This document shows, piece by piece, positions 1 through 8,616 of a stretch of 41,884 bases of DNA. The stretch covers positions 1-41,884 of the forward strand of contig JBAXAI010000033.1 of assembly GCA_037142615.1 (NCBI GenBank), given 5' to 3'. Numbering within the stretch: position 1 is the stretch's first letter; each line of letters begins with the position of its first letter. The notes under the pieces were generated by a model. The model saw nothing but the letters and a program-made list of their open reading frames with translations, had not been told where the DNA came from and searched no databases. The DNA comes from Spirochaetales bacterium (GTDB lineage: Bacteria > Spirochaetota > Spirochaetia > JABEVK01). The position numbers were made by a program, and so were the translations under genes.

Positions 1-1330
1 GCGCTGGGTTGAACTCCTGCTCGGTGATCGAGGCCGGCGTGACCAACCACAGCTTGGTCTTCACGCTCACCGACATCTCGTCGAGGCCTTCGGTGCCATA
101 CACGATAAGAGCCTTCTTCACGCCGAGTAGTTGCGCAGCGCGCGCGATGAGAGGACCCAGAGCTTCGTCGTACACCCCAATGAGCTGGTGGCTGGCCGAC
201 GCCGGATTCACCAGCGGTCCCAGCAGGTTCATGATGGTTTTGATGCCGAGATCCTTGCGGACGGGCGCCGCATGCTTCATGGCGCCATGGTAGACGGGGG
301 CAAAGAGGAAGCTGAATCCCGTTTGGTCGAGGACCTTCGCGGTCTGCGCGGGCGTCAGGTCGATCTTGATTCCCAGCGCCGCGTAGAAGTCGGCCGATCC
401 GGACTTGCTTGATACCGCGCGGTTGCCGTGCTTTGCCACACGGGCGCCGCAAGCCGAGGCCACCAGCGCAGCCATCGAACTGATGTTGAAGGTGCCGTGC
501 TCGTCGCCGCCGGTGCCGACGATGTCGAGGAACTCCCCGGTGACCGGTAGGGCCGTCCGCTTGCGCTGTAGCACCGCCGCACACCCGGCCACCTCTTCGG
601 GTTGAATACCCTTCAGGCTCAGGCCAACGAGAATGCCCGAAATCTGGGCCCCCGACAGGCTACCTTCGGTCAGTTCTTCCATGAAGGCTTCGGCTTCGTG
701 CTGAGTCAGATGGTCACGGTTCATGATCTTGCGCACCAGTGGCGCGAACTCGAAGCTGTCGCGGCGGTAGTTCAAGAAGTTCTTCAAGAGGCGCTTGCCA
801 CCCTCGCTGGCAATGCTTTCGGGGTGGAACTGCACACCCTCGATGGGCAGGGTCTTGTGGCGCACGGCCATGATTTCGCCGTCGGGGCTGCGGGCGCTCA
901 CCTCGAGCACCTCGGGGAGCGAAGCCTCTTCGATGACCAAGCTGTGATAGCGCGTGAACACGGTGGGGCTGGCCAGCCCGCGGAACACCCCGCGCCCGTC
1001 GTGACTGATGGGCTGGGTCTTGCCGTGCACGATTTCCTTGGCGCCGATGATGGTGCCACCAAAAGCGTAGCCCAGCGCCTGGTGACCGAGACAGACGCCG
1101 AGAATAGGCACCTTACCGGCGAACGCGTGGATCACGTCGATCATGCAACCGGCCTCCTCGGGTCGCCCGGGACCTGGACTCAGGATGATGGCCTTAGGGT
1201 TCAGCTCACGAATCCCCGCGACGTCGATGGCGTTGTTGCGCACCACCCTCACTTCCTCGTCGGTGAGCTCGCAGAGGTATTGGTAAATGTTGTAGGTGAA
1301 CGAATCAAAGTTGTCCAAGAGTAGGTACAT
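1..1330 (-). CDS. trpGD: Bifunctional anthranilate synthase component II / anthranilate phosphoribosyltransferase (TrpG-TrpD fusion), 3' end runs off the window
   Basis: Not in the ORF track; translated by hand from ATG 1330: MYLLLDNFDSFTYN...SPGPGRP...LGVCLGHQ...RYHSL...GVQFHPES (glutamine amidotransferase), continuing without a stop into DIVGTGGDEHGTFNISS...VAKHGNRAVSSKSGSAD (TrpD). Starts just after the trpE stop. Confidence 0.95.
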   Translation of the reverse strand, partial: MYLLLDNFDSFTYNIYQYLCELTDEEVRVVRNNAIDVAGIRELNPKAIILSPGPGRPEEAGCMIDVIHAFAGKVPILGVCLGHQALGYAFGGTIIGAKEIVHGKTQPISHDGRGVFRGLASPTVFTRYHSLVIEEASLPEVLEVSARSPDGEIMAVRHKTLPIEGVQFHPESIASEGGKRLLKNFLNYRRDSFEFAPLVRKIMNRDHLTQHEAEAFMEELTEGSLSGAQISGILVGLSLKGIQPEEVAGCAAVLQRKRTALPVTGEFLDIVGTGGDEHGTFNISSMAALVASACGARVAKHGNRAVSSKSGSADFYAALGIKIDLTPAQTAKVLDQTGFSFLFAPVYHGAMKHAAPVRKDLGIKTIMNLLGPLVNPASASHQLIGVYDEALGPLIARAAQLLGVKKALIVYGTEGLDEMSVSVKTKLWLVTPASITEQEFNPA

Positions 1331-1331
1331 A

Positions 1332-2726
1332 TCAGATCTCCAGTCCGAGACTGCGAGCCGTGGCGCGCATCTTCTCGTAGGTCTCTTCCAGCTCGCGTTC
1401 GGGGTTCGAATCGTGCACCACGCCACCGCCAGCCTGCAGCACCATGGTGTCGCCCACCTTGAGCGCACAGCGGATGGCGATGCAAGTGTCGACGTCGCCT
1501 CCCGGGCTCAGGTGGCCCACCACTCCGGCGTAGAAGCGCCGGGGCACCGGTTCGAGCTTGTCGATGGTTTCGATGGCGCGGATCTTGGGGGCCCCGCTCA
1601 CGGTTCCGGCGGGGAAGCTGGCCCTCAGCGCGTCGATGCCGATTTTGTCGCTTTTGAGGGTGGCCTCGACCCGGCTGACGATGTGCATCACATGGCTGTA
1701 GCGCTCGATGAAAAAGCTGTCGGTGACCTTGACGCTGCCGGGCACGGCGATACGGCCCAAGTCGTTGCGCGCCAAGTCTACCAGCATCAGGTGCTCAGCG
1801 CGCTCCTTTTTGTCGGCCAGCAGTTCGCCCTCGAGCGCGCGGTCCTCGGCTTCATTGGCTCCACGACGGCGGGTCCCGGCGATGGGACGGATTTCGGCCT
1901 GGCCGTTCTTCACCTTGACGTGCACCTCGGGGCTGGCGCCGAACAGTTGGTAGCCGCCAAAGTCGAGGTAGAACATATACGGCGAAGGGTTGCTCGAACG
2001 CAGCTTGCGGTAGGCTTCGATGGCCGGCATCTTGGTATGCACAAGCAGGCGACGACTGGGAACCGCCTGCAACAGGTTGCCAGCCACGATCTCCTGCTTC
2101 ACGGCCGCGACATTCGCCTTGTAGGTGGCGTCGGCGTCGTAGTCGGCCTTCAAAAGGTGGGCCGGGTAGCTGGCCCCGGCGGCGTCGAGCGACTTCCAGT
2201 CCCCGTCGGCGATGCTGGCCTCGACGTCGGCCAGCGCGTCTTCCAGGTTGATGGAACTTTCTTTGTAGTTGAGCCCGACGAGGTAGATGAGGTCGGTGTA
2301 ATGGTCGTAGATGAGGAACACGTGCCCGAACAAAAACAGCGCGTCGGGGAGCTTCAGCGGATCCTCTTTGCTCTGAAGTGCAATGGTGTCGCAGAAGCGG
2401 CAGAACTCGAAGCTGAGGAACCCAATGCCGCCCGCCGGAAAAGGAAAGTCCTGCGCCGGATCGGAATGCTGGCGGGCGAAGTACAACAGCACGTCGAGAA
2501 TGTCGCGGTGCGCCGACTTGATTCTGAAGCGCTTGCCGCCCTTTTCGAGCCACACGTCGCGCCCGGTCTGACTGACACGGAAGGCCTCGCGCAACATCAG
2601 CAAGCTGTAACGTTCGCGCCCCTTCTTGTACGAAGACGACTCGAGGATGACCTTGGCGCCGAGCTTGAGCGCAAGTCCATAGGGGGTATACCGCTCCCCC
2701 GAAATCACCTTGATCACCGTCTCCAT
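1332..2726 (-). CDS. trpE: Anthranilate synthase component I
   Basis: ILES, NPSPYM, GASPE, PIAGTRRRG, KERAEHLMLVDLARNDLG, FPAGTVSGAPK, YAG, IAIR and QAGGG motifs. Start moved to ATG 2726 (METVIK), which follows an AAGGGAG RBS. Confidence 0.95.
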   Translation of the reverse strand: METVIKVISGERYTPYGLALKLGAKVILESSSYKKGRERYSLLMLREAFRVSQTGRDVWLEKGGKRFRIKSAHRDILDVLLYFARQHSDPAQDFPFPAGGIGFLSFEFCRFCDTIALQSKEDPLKLPDALFLFGHVFLIYDHYTDLIYLVGLNYKESSINLEDALADVEASIADGDWKSLDAAGASYPAHLLKADYDADATYKANVAAVKQEIVAGNLLQAVPSRRLLVHTKMPAIEAYRKLRSSNPSPYMFYLDFGGYQLFGASPEVHVKVKNGQAEIRPIAGTRRRGANEAEDRALEGELLADKKERAEHLMLVDLARNDLGRIAVPGSVKVTDSFFIERYSHVMHIVSRVEATLKSDKIGIDALRASFPAGTVSGAPKIRAIETIDKLEPVPRRFYAGVVGHLSPGGDVDTCIAIRCALKVGDTMVLQAGGGVVHDSNPERELEETYEKMRATARSLGLEI

Positions 2727-2779
2727 AACCACTCCCTTGTTTCTACGAATAGAAACATAGCGAAGATCGGACCAGGGTG

Positions 2780-4219
2780 TCAACCCTCCGAATGCTTGGT
2801 CTGTTTGATCCGGACCTCGAGGCCCGGACGCGCCTCATCGGTCGCTTTGATCCACAGGCCACGCGAGTTCTTGTACTGTTCGCGGGCTTTGCTGCGGGTG
2901 GCCTCATAGAGGGCGTGGTATTTGGCCAAGGTCTTTCGCGTGGTGTCGCTTTGGGCCTCAAGCTCGAGGTCTACCTGAACAAGGAACCGCTCGTAGATGC
3001 TTCGGTAGCCTCGGGCGATTTGGCTGAGGTAGTCAATGACCAGCGGGTCCGGGTGCTTGATGGCAGAAAGGATTCTGATGACCGCTTCGAGCTGCGAGAG
3101 CGCCAGGTCGAACTGATCGGCGGCGAAGGCATCGCGGACCCCCTGCAACGCGCGCAGAATCTGATGACGGTGGTTGGCCCTCAGGTGCGGCAGACTGCCG
3201 ACCAGCGCCTCGGCCAGCGCCAGCGCGTCTTCGAGGACATTGCCCCGCCACAGCTTCTTGCGCAACGACACGAACAACCTCTCCAGGTGCGGCTGGTAAG
3301 TGAGCCGGTAGCCTTCTCGCTCCAGGAAGAGCATTTCGAAAACCGGAAGATTGACGCCTTTGAACTCCACCGTGCCCGCGTTGAGGTAGCCCACCGCAAA
3401 AGGAAGCTTGACTACGCCTGTCCCCAAGCGGGCAACGAGCCGGTGGTAGGCGTGGCCACTGAGCAGGATGCGGTCGGTGTCGGGCGACAGTTGGTTGGCG
3501 CGTGACTGCAACCGCGCGGCGCTGTTGAGCAGATCACCCGAGAGGTCCCCGGTCTTGGTCACGACGACGGCGGCGTACTTCTGACCACCGGTCAGTCCGG
3601 CGGAAATCTGAAACTCGGGCAGGTGGACCGAACCTTGAATGCCCTGTTGAGCACCCACAGCCTTGCGGAAGGCCCGCGACAGGTGCCCCATGATGGCCAT
3701 AATCGTCTCAAGTACCTGCTCCACGCGGGCTCCGACAAGAACGATCTCGTCACCGTTGAAGCGCCGGCTGATGACACCCAACTGCGAGGCCATCCGACCG
3801 AAGTCGTGGAACAGCATGCGGTCGAGCGCCTCGAGCCGCGAAAGGTTGTGACGGTTGCGCTGGCAAAACTTCGTGTAGCCATGCAGGTCGATCACTGCGA
3901 CAAACAGGTCAGGCGACGTGATATTGCTCTTCAGGTCGCCGGCAAACGGGTACTGCTGGTCGGGAAGCACCATGACCTTCCACAGTTCGGGAAACTCATC
4001 GGGACCCAGAGCCCGGAAGTAACCCCAGTTGAGCTTACGAAGCAACTCAAAGGCCCGTTTGATGATGGCGGCCGTCAGGGTACCTTCGGGCAAGACTGAA
4101 GTGTAGTCCTTGAGTCCCGCCAAAGTGGAAATACGCCCAGCGAGGATCTGGTCGTAGAGGTGCATCATCAGCTCGTAGGGCGAGGTGACCCTCGGCCGAT
4201 ATTCCTCGATCCGTTGCAT
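2780..4219 (-). CDS. Class III nucleotide (adenylate/guanylate) cyclase-domain protein
   Basis: IDLHGYT and FNGDE (two metal-binding Asp), AGLTGG, GDLLNSAARLQS (transition-state N/R). Flanking helical regions of unknown function; no TM segment seen. Confidence 0.65.
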   Translation of the reverse strand: MQRIEEYRPRVTSPYELMMHLYDQILAGRISTLAGLKDYTSVLPEGTLTAAIIKRAFELLRKLNWGYFRALGPDEFPELWKVMVLPDQQYPFAGDLKSNITSPDLFVAVIDLHGYTKFCQRNRHNLSRLEALDRMLFHDFGRMASQLGVISRRFNGDEIVLVGARVEQVLETIMAIMGHLSRAFRKAVGAQQGIQGSVHLPEFQISAGLTGGQKYAAVVVTKTGDLSGDLLNSAARLQSRANQLSPDTDRILLSGHAYHRLVARLGTGVVKLPFAVGYLNAGTVEFKGVNLPVFEMLFLEREGYRLTYQPHLERLFVSLRKKLWRGNVLEDALALAEALVGSLPHLRANHRHQILRALQGVRDAFAADQFDLALSQLEAVIRILSAIKHPDPLVIDYLSQIARGYRSIYERFLVQVDLELEAQSDTTRKTLAKYHALYEATRSKAREQYKNSRGLWIKATDEARPGLEVRIKQTKHSEG

Positions 4220-4274
4220 ACCTTGGAATCATAAGTGAACTTCGGTCAATTTTCCTGCGAAGATTCGGTGAAGG

Positions 4275-4907
4275 CTAGCCGAAAACGAGCTGACCGAAGC
4301 CAGACGGTTGGTGGAACCAGACTTTCTCGGGACCGAGTCGTGACCAAGTGGAAAGGCTTTGGCGACCTTGCCGGTCGAGGTCGAGGCGGTTGAAGGTTGC
4401 ACCCCAGACGTCTCCGCGCTGGGGTACCTGTCCAAGGTCTTTCGCGAACGGAATGCGCAACTCGAGCACAAAGCCAGCGTCATGACGGCGAACTTTCCAC
4501 TGCGCGGCCGACTTCCACTTGTAGTCGAAATGCTCGTACTCCACCGGTCCCTGACCCCAACCTTCGACGGTGTACTCAAGGAGCGTCCCCAGGGCGTTCA
4601 CTTCCCACCCGATGTAGCCCGCTTGAGGATCTGGACGCAGGAAAACTTCCAGGCAGTCGTCCTCGTACACCTTGCCCTTGGGCTTGGTTTCTTTGGCGAC
4701 GACCCAACTGTCTTTGGCCCACAGGTGCACGTACAGGTATTTGTCGGTCCAGGCGGCACGGACCTCGGTGAGTTGGCGCTCAAACGTGTTCGAAGCCCAA
4801 GGGTATTCCAATTCGCGGATGGCCTGACATTTGAGGTAGACCTCCGGGACGATGTCCCCGCTCAACTCGTGGTCTTTTGCCAAACGCAACGCCGTGACTG
4901 ATTTCAT
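4275..4907 (-). CDS. CBM9-like / DOMON-like carbohydrate-binding protein
   Basis: TEVRAAWTDKYLYV, VYEDDCLEVFL, WEVNALGT, LELRIPF, GDVWGATFNR, FHQPSGFG pattern typical of CBM9_2-like proteins; GGGAG RBS. Confidence 0.7.
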   Translation of the reverse strand: MKSVTALRLAKDHELSGDIVPEVYLKCQAIRELEYPWASNTFERQLTEVRAAWTDKYLYVHLWAKDSWVVAKETKPKGKVYEDDCLEVFLRPDPQAGYIGWEVNALGTLLEYTVEGWGQGPVEYEHFDYKWKSAAQWKVRRHDAGFVLELRIPFAKDLGQVPQRGDVWGATFNRLDLDRQGRQSLSTWSRLGPEKVWFHQPSGFGQLVFG

Positions 4908-4945
4908 ACCCGCTCCCGAGGGCCACTATAGCATGGGCAAGTGTC

Positions 4946-5272
4946 TCAGCGAAGGCGCTCGATGTCGCCGAGTGAGAGTCCCGTGGCCGCAGCGACCTGC
5001 TCCGGAGGCATACCGCCGGAGAGCAATCTGACGGCTACCTGCTGGAGTGCAAACCGTTCTCCCTCCACCCTACCTTCAACCCGTCCCTCCACCCGTCCTT
5101 CAACCCTTCCCTCCACTACTCCAATTACCCTTCCTTCTTCCTTACCCACTTCGAGTCCCTCTTCCCTTCCCTCGGCGAAGCCTTCCTTGCGGGCAAAGGC
5201 TCGCTCAGTGGCCAGGTCATGAACGGCCATTTCTCGGCGGATCTCGTTTACAATTTCGGGGGTTATTGCCAT
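4946..5272 (-). CDS. Putative in-frame internal small protein (RpnS-type antitoxin), 108 aa
   Basis: Inside rpn, GGAGG (5282-5278) lies 5 nt before an in-frame ATG (5272) that starts MAITPEIVNE..., matching the RpnL/RpnS gene-within-gene architecture. Confidence 0.55.
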   Translation of the reverse strand: MAITPEIVNEIRREMAVHDLATERAFARKEGFAEGREEGLEVGKEEGRVIGVVEGRVEGRVEGRVEGRVEGERFALQQVAVRLLSGGMPPEQVAAATGLSLGDIERLR

Positions 5273-5896
5273 GAAGTCCTCCAGCCGACTCTGCGCCGCA
5301 GACAGGAGACCGGTCAGTTCCCCGGGCTCCTTCCACGCTTCCTGTGGCCTTTCCATAAAGGTGCCCCACGCGACGGCATTTTTCAAGAGCGGTTGGGGCA
5401 GAACCCAGCGCGAGGGCTCGGTTCCCATGATCGCGAGCAGTTTGGTCAACTCAACGTAGATAAACCCCAGGTGATCGGTGTGCGGAAAGTGGTAGTAGTG
5501 GAGCCATTCCAGAGAATCACTGAAGCGGTACTCGAGGAAGTTGAGCGAGATGACCGGACGAAGCGTGGAATAGTCCTCGCCAACAGGCAGTTGTCGACCG
5601 TAAAGGCGAGAGGAATAGAATAGCGTCCTTTCAAAGTAGAACGGCTTGCGGGAAGTCTGGATCTCGATGTTCACCAACCGGCCACTCAAATCCTTGGCGA
5701 CCACATCGAGCATCGTCAGTTTTTCCTCGAACGATTCGGGCCCCAGTTCGCGCGGCAGCAAGCCTTGCAAACGCACCAAAGGCAGGCCGACGGCAAGAAA
5801 AAAAGCATTGATCAAACTCTCCAGCAACGGCAACCCATCGGGCTCCCCAAACACATAATGAAATACACGGTCATCGGTCAGTGGCGATTGCGGCAT
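4946..5896 (-). CDS. Rpn family PD-(D/E)XK recombination-promoting nuclease / putative transposase
   Basis: D.VF.YVFG, LDVVAK...NIEIQ, R.LFY.SRLY..QL..G..Y..L.PVI; C-terminal EGxxEG repeats and GM..EQVAAATGLS helix. Start at ATG 5896 after GGAGG. Confidence 0.9.
   Translation of the reverse strand: MPQSPLTDDRVFHYVFGEPDGLPLLESLINAFFLAVGLPLVRLQGLLPRELGPESFEEKLTMLDVVAKDLSGRLVNIEIQTSRKPFYFERTLFYSSRLYGRQLPVGEDYSTLRPVISLNFLEYRFSDSLEWLHYYHFPHTDHLGFIYVELTKLLAIMGTEPSRWVLPQPLLKNAVAWGTFMERPQEAWKEPGELTGLLSAAQSRLEDFMAITPEIVNEIRREMAVHDLATERAFARKEGFAEGREEGLEVGKEEGRVIGVVEGRVEGRVEGRVEGRVEGERFALQQVAVRLLSGGMPPEQVAAATGLSLGDIERLR
5061..5190. repeat. Degenerate 12-bp coding tandem repeat (EGRV/EGxx)n in the rpn C-terminus
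   Basis: Protein reads KEGFAEGREEGLEVGKEEGRVIGVVEGRVEGRVEGRVEGRVEG. Confidence 0.85.
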
Positions 5897-6000
5897 ACAG
5901 AACCTCCACCTTCCAGACTGGGCCCGCGACGTTTCTGCTTGAGCCAAGGCCCCGCGGGTTGATCAAATGCCCCCTTTTCCGCTATAAAGTCGAGACGCAA

Positions 6001-6083
6001 GCCAGCCTGGCGAAATGGTAGACGCAGCGGACTCAAAATCCGCCGGTGGCGACACCGTGAGAGTTCAAGTCTCTCGGCTGGTA
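6001..6083 (+). tRNA. tRNA-Leu (anticodon CAA), CCA not encoded
   Basis: Acceptor stem GCCAGCC/GGCTGGT, D-loop GGTAGAC, anticodon arm GCGGA-CTCAAAA-TCCGC, long variable arm GGTG-GCGA-CACC, T-arm GAGAG-TTCAAGT-CTCTC. Confidence 0.95.
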
Positions 6084-6267
6084 GTACGAACCCCCTCTCG
6101 CGAGGGGGTTCGCTTTTTCTGTACCAGCCGTGAATCGGCTGGTAGTACGAACCCCCTCTCGCGAGGGGGTTCGCTTTTTCTGTACCAGCCGTGAATCGGC
6201 TGGTAGTACGAACCCCCTCTCGCGAGGGGGTTCGCTTTTTCCTGTACCAGCCGTGAATCGGCTGGTA
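6074..6267 (+). repeat. tRNA-linked tandem repeat, 3 x 61-62 bp plus a partial unit; each unit = tRNA 3' end + terminator-like hairpin + inverted copy of the tRNA 3' end
   Basis: Unit TCGGCTGGTAGTACGAACCCCCTCTCGCGAGGGGGTTCGCTTTTTCTGTACCAGCCGTGAA starts at 6074, 6135 and 6196; partial copy at 6258. Confidence 0.95.
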
Positions 6268-6268
6268 T

Positions 6269-6309
6269 AAAAAAAAGAGGCCAACCCCAACTTCTGGATC
6301 GGCCTCTTT
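6269..6309 (-). terminator. Intrinsic terminator of the 147-aa gene (possibly bidirectional)
   Basis: Stem AAAGAGGCC/GGCCTCTTT with an A-run at 6269-6276 (U-tract on the minus strand), 25 nt after the stop. Confidence 0.6.
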
Positions 6310-6334
6310 GTGAGAACTGGGTGTGGGGTTCGAA

Positions 6335-6778
6335 CTACAGCAAATCCTCGATCGCGCTTTGCAGTTCGCCTTCCGAGAAGAAGTTGTCGGCCGAGGCAAA
6401 GCCACAGGTGAGGGTCAAAACTCCCTTTTCGATGGTCACAGAGGCCTTCAGTTTGGGCGCGTTGACAAGAACAACCTTTGAAACTTTCTGCTCCAGAAGC
6501 GCCGCTTTCCCGAGGTCATCGTAGCAAACCTTGGCGATGGCGTTGGCGACAGGATCTGAGCCCCGGGACACGGCAAAGTCGACGGCGTCCATATCGCCCT
6601 TGAAGGTGAGAGCGGACACCTCGATCTTGACGGCCCGACCGTAGTTTTCGAGAATCCGATTCTCGGCCCAGGAGAAGTCCAAGCCTGCGATGGCCTGCTT
6701 TTCTTTGAGTGTCAGGGTCTGAGCAGAGACAGAAGCCACTCCCGCAACGAGAAGGAACAACACGATACCCCATTTCAT
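6335..6778 (-). CDS. Secreted hypothetical protein, 147 aa
   Basis: Sec signal peptide MKWGIVLFLLVAGVASVSA; AAGGAG RBS; own terminator. Confidence 0.8.
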   Translation of the reverse strand: MKWGIVLFLLVAGVASVSAQTLTLKEKQAIAGLDFSWAENRILENYGRAVKIEVSALTFKGDMDAVDFAVSRGSDPVANAIAKVCYDDLGKAALLEQKVSKVVLVNAPKLKASVTIEKGVLTLTCGFASADNFFSEGELQSAIEDLL

Positions 6779-6913
6779 AGTCGGACTCCTTGGACGGCGA
6801 ACTTACTTCCGGCAACGCCGAGATTTCAAAGACTAGGGGGAAGCCAAGAAAGTTGTCAAGATAATGATACAGCTCTGGGTGCGCTACCAACTCCAGGCCG
6901 GTATACTGGGCTG

Positions 6914-7486
6914 ATGAAACTTCTCGTCACAGGCTTCGAGCCGTTCGGAGGCTCAAGCGTCAACGCTTCGTGGGAGGCCGTGAGGCAATTGCCCTACCGG
7001 CTGGCGGGAGCCGAGATCCTCACCCTCGAGCTCTCGACGGCCTTCGAGGCTTGCTTCGCCGAGGTTGAAGCGGCCATTGAGAGGGAAAAGCCCGACGTGG
7101 TGCTGTGCGTCGGTGAAGCCGGCGGTCGAACAGGGCTCACACCCGAACGCGTGGCCCTCAATTGGGACGATGCACGCATCGCCGACAATCACGGGTATCA
7201 GCCCACCGACAAGCCTATTATCGCCGACGCACCCACCGCCTACCTAAGCCAAATGCCGGTGAAGGACCTCGTGTCGGCCATCGTTGCAGCTGGGGTGCCG
7301 GCCTCGGTGTCATACTCGGCAGGAACCTTCGTATGCAACCACCTGATGTTCCGGCTGGAGCATCATCGGTCGACGAGTGTGCCGCAACTGCTGACGGGTT
7401 TTCTGCACGTTCCCACGGTTGACGCGATGGAGACAGCGACTGCGGTCAAGGGGCTTGTGGCGGCGTTGAGGATTCTCGCCGGGTAG
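6914..7486 (+). CDS. pcp: Pyroglutamyl-peptidase I
   Basis: LLVTGFEPFGG..VNASWEAV, ERVA.N..DARI.DN.G.QP, SAGTFVCNH (catalytic Cys), GFLHVP. Confidence 0.95.
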   Translation: MKLLVTGFEPFGGSSVNASWEAVRQLPYRLAGAEILTLELSTAFEACFAEVEAAIEREKPDVVLCVGEAGGRTGLTPERVALNWDDARIADNHGYQPTDKPIIADAPTAYLSQMPVKDLVSAIVAAGVPASVSYSAGTFVCNHLMFRLEHHRSTSVPQLLTGFLHVPTVDAMETATAVKGLVAALRILAG

Positions 7487-7567
7487 CAATTCTGGTGACG
7501 TCGATAGGTTCCTGGCGCCCTCACGCTCCTGCAGGAATCTGCCGACATTCAAGGGTGGAGGGGCTCA

Positions 7568-8605
7568 ATGAACGCTCAAACAGACTGGAAGGACAAGTTT
7601 TCGGCGGGGTTTGCCTCACCTGGAGTGCCACTCGATCTGGGGCCGGTCCTCGGTTTTCTGGCCGTGCTGGCCATTTTGGGTGGGTTGGCCTACCTGTACA
7701 TCCAGTGGCAGCGCAACCGGGCCGTGACCGGCGAGCGGAGCGACGACGAAGAAATCACGGCCTCGAAAAAGTCGAAGTACGTACCGATTCCGGGACGCAT
7801 CAACCCCCTTCAGCAGAAGGTGATCCAAGACATGATCGACGAGTTCCGCAAGCAGGAAGTAACGGCCCAGTCGATCCCGTCGAACGTGCTCGAAAAGTAC
7901 TCCGAGTTCTTTTTTAAGAACCTGGACCGACTCAAGACCGAAGACAAGGCCGTTGAGGAGTTTGTGGATGGGCACTACCCCATCCTTCCCGATATGGATT
8001 GCGAGCTCGACTTCCGCTCGTCGGGGGTGTTGTACCTGGTGAAGACCAAGGTGCTGGCCATCGACAGCAAGTCTGTCATCGTTGAGTTCAACAGCCAGAT
8101 TCCCGACTTTGTGCGCCGAGGCCTCAAGCTGTACCTTAATTACAACCAGAACAAGCATTTCGTGCAGGGCGCAACACTGGTTACCGATGTCAAACCCAAC
8201 CAGGGCATCATCCTGCGCCGTCCCACCCAAGTGATCGTGACCAGCGAGCGGCGGTACTCTCGCATCACGCTTCCCAAGGCCAGCGGCTCGCTCCACGATA
8301 CCAAGAGCACCTATCAGGCCACCGTCAGAGTGCTTGACCTCAGCTTGGAGGGGGTGCGCATCCAGGTGGGTCGTCCTTTGGAAAAGAACCACATTTACCA
8401 ATTGGTGTTCGAGGCCAACGACGGCACCAAAAACCACAGCTTTGGCCCCATCGAGTGCGTGCCGTCCAAGGCTTTCCTCACTGGATCGGGGACTTACGAG
8501 ACAGGACTGGCTTTTGTCTATGTCAGCTTTGAGACCAAAACCCAGATCTGGAACTTCATGAAGACCCTCTCGCAGCAAGCGACAGCGGTGCGCACAGACT
8601 CCTGA
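7568..8605 (+). CDS. Membrane-anchored PilZ-domain (YcgR-like c-di-GMP receptor) protein
   Basis: One N-terminal TM helix; C-terminal ERRYSR (RxxxR) and DLSLEG (DxSxxG) PilZ motifs. Confidence 0.75.
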   Translation: MNAQTDWKDKFSAGFASPGVPLDLGPVLGFLAVLAILGGLAYLYIQWQRNRAVTGERSDDEEITASKKSKYVPIPGRINPLQQKVIQDMIDEFRKQEVTAQSIPSNVLEKYSEFFFKNLDRLKTEDKAVEEFVDGHYPILPDMDCELDFRSSGVLYLVKTKVLAIDSKSVIVEFNSQIPDFVRRGLKLYLNYNQNKHFVQGATLVTDVKPNQGIILRRPTQVIVTSERRYSRITLPKASGSLHDTKSTYQATVRVLDLSLEGVRIQVGRPLEKNHIYQLVFEANDGTKNHSFGPIECVPSKAFLTGSGTYETGLAFVYVSFETKTQIWNFMKTLSQQATAVRTDS

Positions 8606-8616
8606 GCCCAAAAGTC

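Noticed and set aside
602-2909. Long plus-strand ORFs 602-1324 and 1296-2909
   Set aside because: Antisense shadows of trpGD and trpE, expected in high-GC coding DNA; no motifs.
2780-4907. Pycsar/CBASS-type defence operon
   Set aside because: No TIR or TM effector is adjacent, the neighbours are housekeeping genes, and the cyclase retains the AC-like N..AR motif; only the specificity residue is noted.
6074-6267. CRISPR array
   Set aside because: Units are contiguous and identical with no unique spacers, derive from the tRNA 3' end, and no cas genes are present.
5878-6405. 175-aa repeat-containing ORF across the tRNA
   Set aside because: It is the antisense reading of the tRNA and its tandem repeat, not a credible protein.
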